Assembly (NCBI RefSeq): GCF_018336915.1
Contig: NZ_CP064923.1
Location: forward strand, 720,001 to 752,000
Direction: 5' to 3'
DNA: 32,000 bases
DNA from: Acaryochloris marina S15
GTDB taxonomy: Bacteria > Cyanobacteriota > Cyanobacteriia > Thermosynechococcales > Thermosynechococcaceae
The notes beneath the pieces are model-generated. The model was given only the letters and a program-made list of their open reading frames with translations, made no database searches and was not told where the DNA came from. A program made the translations under genes and the position numbers. Shown here piece by piece: positions 21,796 through 29,456 of the stretch. The number at the start of each line of letters is the position of its first letter. Positions within the stretch are counted from its first letter, which is position 1.

Positions 21796-22345
21796 GACTC
21801 GGTTTTTCCTTAAAACAATAAACTTCTATGACAATCCTTGGTTTTAGACTAGCGAAGCTTGAGATTAGTGAAGAGATCTATCCCAAGACTGTTGCCTGTT
21901 TGAGTGGATCGATCTACTTTTTACATGGTACTTGGCTTCCTTGTTCATTGAGGCGAAATCAACAGGCTTGTTATAAATCCAAACGAGTTTGCCTGGATGA
22001 ATCAGTCTAAGTTTACCCACTTCAGATGCTCACCAAAGCAATATTGGATAAGAAACTCGGTCATCCCTTCACTACTACCAGTAGAAAGGCCAAATTTTTT
22101 AGATGGATCGCTATCTGCATTCTAACAATCTCATTTTGAATAACGGTTTAAGTCGAAACCAATACTACTATCGCAACGAAGCGCAATCCGCATGGTCACT
22201 AACCCTGAAAAGGTTTGGAGTGCTAGGCTTGGGCTATTGAAACGCCAGAAAGACAAGCCGAGGCTTCTTCCCTTGGTGTCTTTGAACTGCCTCTGATATC
22301 TTGAATATTTTCGATACGTGACTTTGTATAGATTGATAGAGCTAA

Positions 22346-22990
22346 ATGGATCAAGCTTTTGAAACGATTGCCCAATCAATAACTGGGCATCTAATCGCCT
22401 ATGGTCAACTCCTGGACCAAGGTAAAACGCAACGGGTTACAGTCTCTCTCAATACCACTCCTCTAAACTGGCATCAGGCTATTGAACATTGGCAACAGGA
22501 TGCCGAATTTCGATCGCTGATCTCTCAGATTTTACGAGACAGCCCCTATGCTGCTTTCTTTTGGGAAACGCCACCTCTAATGCCTGATAGTCTCCATCGG
22601 CCTTGGGAATTTGTTTTGGTGAATGCTCCACGTTTGGCCAAGATATCGCCTAACCCCCAACCTTTTGCCCAGTATCTAGAAAGAGGAGATGAGCCTATTC
22701 AGGTGTTTGCCAACTTAGGAGGGGATGCGATGTTGCTTGCACCCCGTGCGCTTGGCCCTTTGTCGACTTATGCACATTTAGCAAACTTTGTTCGTCAGGC
22801 TCCACCAGTGCAAGTAGATATCTTGTGGCAAATTTTAGGGGATACCCTGCAAAAACTAATAAGTGATGAACTTAATCCTCGTACCGCTCCTCTATGGGTG
22901 AGTACGTCTGGTCTTGGTGTTTACTGGCTGCATCTGCGGCTAGATGATTTCCCCAAATACTATACCCACCGTCCCTACCGCACTACTTAA
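22346..22990 (+). CDS. Conserved-looking hypothetical protein (214 aa)
   Basis: Non-repetitive and protein-like, with host-like composition. Motifs FFWETPPL, FANLGGDAMLLAP and GVYWLHLRLDDFPKYY. No family recognised. Confidence 0.6.
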   Translation: MDQAFETIAQSITGHLIAYGQLLDQGKTQRVTVSLNTTPLNWHQAIEHWQQDAEFRSLISQILRDSPYAAFFWETPPLMPDSLHRPWEFVLVNAPRLAKISPNPQPFAQYLERGDEPIQVFANLGGDAMLLAPRALGPLSTYAHLANFVRQAPPVQVDILWQILGDTLQKLISDELNPRTAPLWVSTSGLGVYWLHLRLDDFPKYYTHRPYRTT

Positions 22991-23050
22991 AGAAGCATGA
23001 CATCTGACTGGATTAAGGCATGCCCAAGCGATAGGTCTAGAAAAAACTGC

Positions 23051-24034
23051 TCAAGCCCATTGCCGGAAAAACGAATGATCTTCCCAAGTGGCTTGAGTTC
23101 GTTTTTCAATGTTGGCAAGGGTGGCAGCATCTAATTCTTGAAATGCTTGTGCAGTTTGTACATTGGCTGTCAGTTGTTCTACCGTCTCTGCCGCGATGAT
23201 ACAGGTATGCACGCCGGGTTGGGATAAAGAATAACCCATAGCTTCTGACATGCCTGACAGCACCCCAGGACGCAATAACTTGCCGTAGGCGGGGACTTTC
23301 ATGGCAATCACCCCCACCTGCTGCTGACGAGCGACGGGTAACACGGACGAAATAAAGGGGCGTGGATGGTGAACATCGGCGGCGTTAATAGGAATTAAGG
23401 TGGTATCAAATGGGTAGCGGTTTAAACCTTCGATGATGATTTGGGGTTCATGGTGGCCTGTAATGCCTGTAAACTTGATGATGCCTTGGGCCTTGGCTTC
23501 TTCCATTGCCTTGATGGCACCATTTGAGCTAAATATGGTTTCAATCTCGTCGGTAAAGGAAACATGGTGCAGTTGCCACAGATCTAAGTAATCGGTGTTG
23601 AGGCGTTTGAGGGACCGTTCTAATTCTCGCCATGCGCCATCGCGATCGCGTTTAGCCGTCTTACTCGCTAAAAAAATCTGAGAACGGTATTGCGGTAGAA
23701 CTTTTCCTAAATAATCCTCACTAGGACCGTAACTAGCTGCTGTATCAAAATAGCGAATCCCCAAGTTCCAAGCCTGCTGAATCATTTCCACAGACTCCTT
23801 TTCAGCACCGGTTTGAGATAGCGGTGTTTGGCCTGCTCCTCCTAGACCTAAAATAGGCAAGTTTATACCTGTTTTACCTAAAACTTTTTTAGGTAGGGAT
23901 GAATTTTTAGGTGAGGATAATGGAGTGACCGAGGCGGAGCGGCGATCTTTATGCAGTAATATACTGCCCAGTAAGCCGCCTGTAGCCGCAAGGCTACTGA
24001 GTAGAAAGGTGCGTCGTTGAGATTTTGGGCTCAT
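23051..24034 (-). CDS. Aldo/keto reductase with N-terminal twin-arginine (Tat) signal
   Basis: SQRRTFLLSSLAATGGLLGSILL matches the Tat consensus. The AKR core contains GIRYFDTAASYG and LDLWQLHHV. Confidence 0.88.
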   Translation of the reverse strand: MSPKSQRRTFLLSSLAATGGLLGSILLHKDRRSASVTPLSSPKNSSLPKKVLGKTGINLPILGLGGAGQTPLSQTGAEKESVEMIQQAWNLGIRYFDTAASYGPSEDYLGKVLPQYRSQIFLASKTAKRDRDGAWRELERSLKRLNTDYLDLWQLHHVSFTDEIETIFSSNGAIKAMEEAKAQGIIKFTGITGHHEPQIIIEGLNRYPFDTTLIPINAADVHHPRPFISSVLPVARQQQVGVIAMKVPAYGKLLRPGVLSGMSEAMGYSLSQPGVHTCIIAAETVEQLTANVQTAQAFQELDAATLANIEKRTQATWEDHSFFRQWA

Positions 24035-24056
24035 CGTTCTCTCCTATTGTTAGGAG

Positions 24057-25193
24057 CTACCGATCTACCACAGGAATATAGGGTTGATCGTGCTGTCCCA
24101 TATAGATTTGGGAGGGACGGTAGATCCGGTTGGTATCGAGTTGTTCTTTCCAGTGGGCCAGCCAGCCAGCGACCCGAGCAATGGCAAAAAGAGATGTAAA
24201 GGTATCGGCAGGAAACCCCAGCTGTCTAAAGATTAACCCAGAATAGAATTCTACATTGGCATGAATTTGACGATCGCCCAGTCTTTCTAACACCGCTTTT
24301 TCTAAAGTTAGGGCAATACCGTAGTAGCGATCGCATCCATAGTTCTCCGACAACTGTTCGGCCAAACCTTGCATAATTCGGGCACGCGGATCTTTGACTT
24401 TATAAATGCGATGCCCGAACCCCATAATCCGCTGACCTTGGGCTAATTTCTGATCCAGATAGGGTTTCACATTCTCCACGGAACCAATATCTGTGAGCAT
24501 CTGCATCACTTCTTCGTTAGCGCCGCCATGTAGCCGACCGCCTAAGGTACCCATGGCTGAGGCTACAACTGCATAGGGATCCGTTAGCGTTGATGCCGTG
24601 ACCCGTGCCGAGAACGTCGAAGCATTCATCGTATGCTCAGCATGGAGAATCAAACATTGATCAAAAATATGTGCTTTCTGCGCATCGGGTTCTTGTTCAC
24701 TCAGTAGGTATAAGAAATTCGCTGCATAGTTGAGATCATCACGGGGTCGGAGGGGATCATTGCCCTTCCGAATATGTTCAAAGGCCGCTACAGCTGTAGG
24801 GATCTTTGCCAAGAGCCTCACCACCGCCCTCCGAATATAGGCCGGATCATTGAAAGCCCGTCGAGAATGGTACAGCCCCAACGCTGCCACTGTGGCCTGT
24901 ACGGCATCCAAGGGATGACCCCGTTCAGGAAAGCATTTCATCATATCCACCAGACGGTACTTGATGCGGCGATGGTGGATGACCTCATAGTGAAAGAGAT
25001 CAAAATCTTCAGGTGTGGGCAGATGGCCCCAAATTAACAAGAATGCTGTTTCCAGAAAATTGCTGCGTTCAGCTAGCTCAGTGATAGCAATGCCCCGATA
25101 TTCGAGTTGGCCCGCTTGCCCATCCACATAGCTAATTCGAGACTGGGCGGCTGGAATTCCACCCAAGCCAGGCACATAATCGCATGTTGTCAT
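24057..25193 (-). CDS. gltA: Citrate synthase
   Basis: 378 aa. LILHAEHTMNASTF and the signature GFGHRIYKVKDPR. Confidence 0.95.
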   Translation of the reverse strand: MTTCDYVPGLGGIPAAQSRISYVDGQAGQLEYRGIAITELAERSNFLETAFLLIWGHLPTPEDFDLFHYEVIHHRRIKYRLVDMMKCFPERGHPLDAVQATVAALGLYHSRRAFNDPAYIRRAVVRLLAKIPTAVAAFEHIRKGNDPLRPRDDLNYAANFLYLLSEQEPDAQKAHIFDQCLILHAEHTMNASTFSARVTASTLTDPYAVVASAMGTLGGRLHGGANEEVMQMLTDIGSVENVKPYLDQKLAQGQRIMGFGHRIYKVKDPRARIMQGLAEQLSENYGCDRYYGIALTLEKAVLERLGDRQIHANVEFYSGLIFRQLGFPADTFTSLFAIARVAGWLAHWKEQLDTNRIYRPSQIYMGQHDQPYIPVVDR

Positions 25194-25354
25194 CTGCTTT
25201 GCTCCGATGGGGATTGCTCAAGCCCACTGCCATTATCGAGATTTGCTCCCCAGACATCAATGGGTAGGTCATCTCTTAACGAATTGATCACCAAAAACTG
25301 GCCGATATCAACCCAGGGGAAGTACGGCACAACTATTACGAATATGATATTCAG

Positions 25355-25428
25355 GGCGGATGATGGGAATCGAACCCACGAATGGTGGAACCACAATCCA
25401 CTGCCGTAACCACTTGGCTACACCCGCC
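25355..25428 (-). tRNA. tRNA-His (anticodon GTG) with encoded G-1
   Basis: Minus strand reads GGCGGGTGTAGCCAAGTGGTTACGGCAGTGGATTGTGGTTCCACCATTCGTGGGTTCGATTCCCATCATCCGCC. The anticodon loop is TT-GTG-GT, and an extra 5' G pairs with C73. Confidence 0.95.
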
Positions 25429-25518
25429 ATTGCGTACTTGAATATAGCATTTAGACCTGGGATTGATCTAGGTGTATGGGCAATAGATAGAAAACTTCCT
25501 AAGTAGAGGAGGGCCAAA

Positions 25519-26073
25519 ATGGCATATCGCAAGGTTTTACTCAAGCCAATCTACCTGATGCTTTTGACGGGAGTCTTTACTTTTAGGCTCTCGATGGCTA
25601 TAGCCTGTAAGCCCGTCTATAGATCTATTTACGACTGGTGCATCCATAAAAATAAATTATCAGGAACCACCCGCAATCTGATTGAGACCCTCTTGTTGAA
25701 GGCTGAGACTACTGACTGTACCCTAGCTCAGCAAAGGTTAAGTCAGATGACCTATCTCAACCTTGATGCCACCCCTCTGAGTGATCCGAATCAAGTAACT
25801 GCTGGACCCATTTCAGATTTAAGACCGTTATCAACCTTGACACAGCTCAAAGGTCTGAACCTTTATCATCAGCAATTGACAGATTTACGACCGCTGGCTT
25901 CGTTAGTGAATTTGGGTTATATCAATTTACAAGGGACAGGAATAACGAAGATAGAACTATTATCGGCTCTCAAGAATTTAAAATCTCTTGATTTGCGTGA
26001 TAACCCCATTACTGACTTTCGACCATTGGGTGATTTGCCCAAGCTGAAGCAGCTCTATCTTGGAGATCTGTAG
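25519..26073 (+). CDS. Leucine-rich-repeat protein with N-terminal hydrophobic anchor or signal
   Basis: Repeats of about 22 aa of the LxxLxxLxLxxxxIxDLxPL type: LTQLKGLNLYHQQLTDLRPLASLVNLGYINLQGTGITKIELLSALKNLKSLDLRDNPITDFRPLGDLPKLKQLYL. Confidence 0.85.
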   Translation: MAYRKVLLKPIYLMLLTGVFTFRLSMAIACKPVYRSIYDWCIHKNKLSGTTRNLIETLLLKAETTDCTLAQQRLSQMTYLNLDATPLSDPNQVTAGPISDLRPLSTLTQLKGLNLYHQQLTDLRPLASLVNLGYINLQGTGITKIELLSALKNLKSLDLRDNPITDFRPLGDLPKLKQLYLGDL

Positions 26074-26096
26074 GATTCATTAGATCAGCTAAAAAA

Positions 26097-26157
26097 TTAG
26101 GGTAAGCATCTGTGGCAAGCCTTACTTCATAAGGCTTGCCACAGATGCTTACCCTAA
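26097..26157. repeat. 28-bp perfect inverted repeat (hairpin, 5-nt loop) at the core/accessory boundary
   Basis: 26097-26124 (TTAGGGTAAGCATCTGTGGCAAGCCTTA) pairs without mismatch with 26130-26157. The loop is CTTCA. It starts 24 nt after the LRR gene stop. There is no U-tract on the plus strand. Confidence 0.9.
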
Positions 26158-26622
26158 AATTAGGTCTTGACGATGCACTAGTTTGCCTTGCTCTGTTATG
26201 CTTGCCGCTTGATGGATAAAGTCTTAGTTATGTCATTCTTGCCTGAGTTTTAATGCAGTTGGGGCTATATCATTTGTTTCAACTCAGTCAATTATGGTTC
26301 CTCCTGTAACCTATGTAGCTATTAAGCTTGACTGGCCTAAAGATAGTCGCAGATTTAGGCCTTAACTCATTCCAAGCTATAAGTAAATCCGAAATAATTT
26401 AGAGATATACCTTATGTAAATATAATTTATGCCAAGTTGGCAACATTAGATTCTTTTTCCTCTTTATAGTGATTTATGTAAACGAGCAAAAAGGGTTCTT
26501 TCTTTCCTGCTTGAAAGTCATTTAAAACTGTTGGAATGTTGTTTGTGTTGAATTAGTCATAAGGCTTTTTGATCGCAATATGAATAGTTTTAAGGTTTTG
26601 ATTGGGTTTGTGGAATAGCCTG

Positions 26623-26640
26623 TGCAAATTTATATTTGCA
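26623..26640 (+). promoter_or_regulatory. Operator-like palindrome TGCAAAT-N4-ATTTGCA upstream of the peptide gene
   Basis: 7-bp arms with a 4-bp AT spacer, 35 nt upstream of ATG 26675. It contains a -10-like TATATT. An AAGGA Shine-Dalgarno-like element lies at 26666-26670. Confidence 0.3.
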
Positions 26641-26674
26641 AACAGTAACAGCTCATTAATTACACAAGGAATAA

Positions 26675-26974
26675 ATGATGATTATCTCTGATTTAAATCA
26701 CTTAGAAGTTTTGGATTCAGGTCTAGAAGAAGTCACTGGTGGTTGGGGATACTATATTCCCGTTCCTTCTCATCTTCCTGTGAGTGGCGGTATCAACTTT
26801 AATGTTAATGTTAACGTTTCGAAAAACTTTGTGAAACTTAAGGGCAATCAAGCTACTGGTGCTTTTAATGCTAGTGCTAAAGGCTCCAATACATTAACGG
26901 ATGGATATGTTAACGTATCTACGACTTCTCATAGCTCGAATTCTTCAGGTGGTGCTATTGCACAATCAGCTTAA
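26675..26974 (+). CDS. Double-glycine-leader precursor peptide (23-aa leader plus 76-aa N/S/T/G/A-rich cationic core)
   Basis: The protein begins MMIISDLNHLEVLDSGLEEVTGG|WGYY. There is a GG at -2/-1, with hydrophobic residues at -4 (V), -7 (L) and -12 (V) and acidic residues at -5/-6. AAGGA lies upstream, a stable hairpin lies downstream, and an HlyB/PCAT-family exporter is in the same locus. Confidence 0.7.
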   Translation: MMIISDLNHLEVLDSGLEEVTGGWGYYIPVPSHLPVSGGINFNVNVNVSKNFVKLKGNQATGAFNASAKGSNTLTDGYVNVSTTSHSSNSSGGAIAQSA

Positions 26975-27022
26975 ATCAAAGTTTTTTAAAAGCTCTGATT
27001 TTTTCAGAAATCTGTGAAATGT

Positions 27023-27060
27023 GTTACTGGGAGTAAGGCTCATTCCTTACTCCCAGTAAC
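27023..27060 (+). terminator. Stable stem-loop 3' of the precursor gene (terminator/attenuator or mRNA stabiliser)
   Basis: Perfect 16-bp stem GTTACTGGGAGTAAGG (27023-27038) / CCTTACTCCCAGTAAC (27045-27060) with a 6-nt loop, 49 nt after the stop. No U-tract follows. Confidence 0.5.
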
Positions 27061-27226
27061 GCGTCTATGAGCAACTATTAATAGAAGATTTAAAAGAATC
27101 TTTTGTCCTCTTAGTTAAGAGTTCACTTTGCTTAAATATTTTGTAATAAAATATCTGAATTGGTTTTAAATTATTTAAGACTTATTATAAAAAATGTACA
27201 AAATTAGAGTCAGATAATTGCGGCAA

Positions 27227-27469
27227 ATGATCAAAAAAAATTCTAGATGCGCTAGTAGTTCTTCTGCTTTAGCTTATTCATCTACTAAGACCCAAAGTGC
27301 TTATGGTAAGTCTTCTGCTACAACTATTTCTTCTATGGGAGAAAGTGAAAGTAGCAGTACTGAAGTCTTTAGTTTGAATGCCAAAGCCATTAGTGCAAAG
27401 GCATCTTCTAAGTCAACACAGAATAATTCACCTTGTGTCAATACTCAAGTGGATATTTCATTTCCATAA
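27227..27469 (+). CDS. Possible leaderless Ser/Ala/Thr/Lys-rich small protein (80 aa from ATG 27227)
   Basis: The ORF is open from TTG 27218. Its composition (ASSSSALAYSSTKTQSAYGKSSATTISS...NAKAISAKASSKST) resembles the core of the upstream peptide (ATGAFNASAKGSNTLTDGYVNVSTTSHSS). It has no GG leader and no clear RBS. It is low-complexity and sits in AT-rich DNA. Confidence 0.3.
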   Translation: MIKKNSRCASSSSALAYSSTKTQSAYGKSSATTISSMGESESSSTEVFSLNAKAISAKASSKSTQNNSPCVNTQVDISFP

Positions 27470-27857
27470 ATTTTTTCTGAAAATTTTTCAAGAATAGATA
27501 GATTGCTAAAATGTTTGAGATCTAATCTTTGGATATAAATTGTTTTATCCTGTTATTAGTTGGATTCTGAATTAAAAAATAATCGTTGTCTAAACTATGT
27601 CGTTCATGGCGATAAAAATCTGCACGAAATTTCGCAGTAAAATATTTCTATTGAAGATGTTGTTTTTGATCATAAAATATTTAAGAAAAAATAATTTTAC
27701 CTTATTGATCCTTAAGAAGAATGTATTTTGGAAGATAGTGAGCACTAGCTTGTTAGAAAGTTTTTGTATAGTGGTCTATAGTACATATGATTTTTTAAAA
27801 CTATCTCAATGCTTTTGGAAAGATATCTTGATACTATAAAATAATGCTTTAATAGCC

Positions 27858-29192
27858 ATGCAAAGACTAAACATCAGTAAAATTAAATTCACTAATCGTG
27901 CTGACAAAATAGCTCCAAATTCTACGATTTTTAATCCCAAGAATTCTATTGTTAAAACTCTAAAGGGAAGCGATTCACTTATAGGTAATTCTTTCCTTAA
28001 TGGTGATTTTGGATTCGGAGTTTTAGTTGGGGTTGGGGCGAAAAACTTTGGTTTGCTTGCGACTTCTACTGAGTTTCTAGTCAACTTTAAACTTCGTACT
28101 CAAGGAATTAATAATAAAGGTACGATTCAGACTAATAAAGGCAAGGATACAATCCAAGGTAACGCCTCAGCCAATTTGTCAGTTGCTACTAATTCGGTAG
28201 CAGAGGCGATAGCCGTTGCTCAATCTGTTGATACAAGCGTCATTACCCAAGTTTTGGCATCTCTTGATATTGAGGCTAATGTTATTGGTATCAATAATTC
28301 TAAGGCGACTATTCAGACTGGCCTTGGAAGTGATGCTATAGATGGTCAAACGGAGGGGAGTGTTTCTGCTACGGCAACCGCTTCAGCTAATGCATCAGCC
28401 ATTGTCGAAGCGATTGCTGGTGCCCCTATCTCTGATAAGTTAATCGCGTTTGCTAATGCTATTGCTACCAGTTTGACGACTGCTTCTATATCGGCCACTG
28501 GAATCAAAAATAGGAAAGGTTTGCTTGCAACTGGCAAAGGCAAAGATACGATTAGCGCTACTGCAAACACTCAATCTAGTACTTTTGCAGGTACGTCTAG
28601 TTCTGCTTTTTCTAGTGCACCTCCTGACAATCAAGCCTTAGCGTTGGCTGTTGCTGAGGCAGTTGCTGAAGCTTCTGATATTGCGATCGCAATCGATAAT
28701 ACAGGCGGAAAAATTACCACAGGGAATGGGGCTGATACGATTATTGCCACTGCGGAAGCGACTGGTAAAGCCTTTGGAATTATCAACACTGGTGGTGTGA
28801 TTAGTACTGGACAAGGGGCTGATCAGATTATTGTTCAGGCTACAGGGGAAGAAGCCTATGGTCTTTATGGTGGAAGAGTAAGTTTGGGTGCAGGAAAAGA
28901 TTCATTAACCGGTACCTTTGGTGGCGGTGTGGTTGTCAATGCAGGGAGAGGCAACGACTTTATTGATGGTAGTGCTGGTGATTTTGGGAACGCCACATTA
29001 AGAGGTGGAAGAGGTCAAGACACCCTTAGTCTTGCGAGTAGCCTTGCCGATTTTTCTGATATCAGTATTGGTGCAAATACTCAAGTTACATTCAATCTTG
29101 ACGGTATGACACTCGTTACTACGGGATTTGAAGAATATATTTTAGCTGGCGAAACTTATACCCTCGCTGGGCTTGCAAGCAATCTACCATAA
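27858..29192 (+). CDS. RTX-like repeat protein: nine GGxGxDxU-type motifs, the N-terminal ones isolated between Ala-rich spacers
   Basis: Motifs are TLKGSDSLI, TNKGKDTIQ, TGLGSDAID, TGKGKDTIS, TGNGADTII, TGQGADQII, LGAGKDSLT, AGRGNDFID and GGRGQDTLS. Five of them sit in an 18-aa unit I-x-N-x-x-G-x-I-x-T-G-x-G-x-D-x-I. There is no N-terminal signal peptide, and a non-repeat tail of about 55 aa follows. A HIP1 site lies at 28683-28690. Confidence 0.8.
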   Translation: MQRLNISKIKFTNRADKIAPNSTIFNPKNSIVKTLKGSDSLIGNSFLNGDFGFGVLVGVGAKNFGLLATSTEFLVNFKLRTQGINNKGTIQTNKGKDTIQGNASANLSVATNSVAEAIAVAQSVDTSVITQVLASLDIEANVIGINNSKATIQTGLGSDAIDGQTEGSVSATATASANASAIVEAIAGAPISDKLIAFANAIATSLTTASISATGIKNRKGLLATGKGKDTISATANTQSSTFAGTSSSAFSSAPPDNQALALAVAEAVAEASDIAIAIDNTGGKITTGNGADTIIATAEATGKAFGIINTGGVISTGQGADQIIVQATGEEAYGLYGGRVSLGAGKDSLTGTFGGGVVVNAGRGNDFIDGSAGDFGNATLRGGRGQDTLSLASSLADFSDISIGANTQVTFNLDGMTLVTTGFEEYILAGETYTLAGLASNLP

Positions 29193-29456
29193 TATTTCAA
29201 GCTAAATAGAGTAAGTGAGAACGCCAAAGATGTCGTTAGAAATGTCTTAGCCTCTTTTACTTATATTCTCTGCTAGTAATCTTTTAATCTATTTTGGATA
29301 ATTGGGTTTCAGCGTAACTGCCTATTCCTTTCAGATGGAAATACGGCAGAGCTTCCATTGATACTGGCGATAACTTAGTCATTGAATATCCTAGGGTGCT
29401 ATTATCAATGGCACCCTAAAATCTAGTTTTGGAGTTTGATGAATAACGCTTTCCAA

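Noticed and set aside
21828-22379. ORFs 21828..22010(+) and 22131..22379(-) in the 550-nt region upstream of vipp1
   Set aside because: They have no motifs. The second overlaps the start of the 22346 CDS, and their composition is not protein-like. The region is more likely the vipp1 and 22346 promoter and leader space.
25355-26157. tRNA-His as the integration site of the accessory locus
   Set aside because: The tRNA 3' end faces gltA, away from the locus. A normal-looking LRR gene lies between them. No integrase is present, and I saw no direct repeat of the tRNA 3' segment (GGGTTCGATTCCCATCATCCGCC or its complement) in 26-32 kb. The far border is outside the window, so integration cannot be excluded, but it is unsupported.
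27597-28084. ORF 27597..27839(+) (a candidate small hydrophobic or basic immunity-type protein) and ORF 27806..28084(-)
   Set aside because: Both lie in DNA of about 22% GC, where Phe/Leu/Ile/Lys-rich ORFs arise by chance. The first has no clean TM helix pattern or RBS. The second overlaps the start of the well-structured 444-aa gene on the opposite strand.
28346-28634. Minus-strand ORFs 28346..28570 and 28440..28634
   Set aside because: These are antisense to the Ala-rich part of the 444-aa gene. GCN-rich codons give open antisense frames, so they are shadow ORFs.
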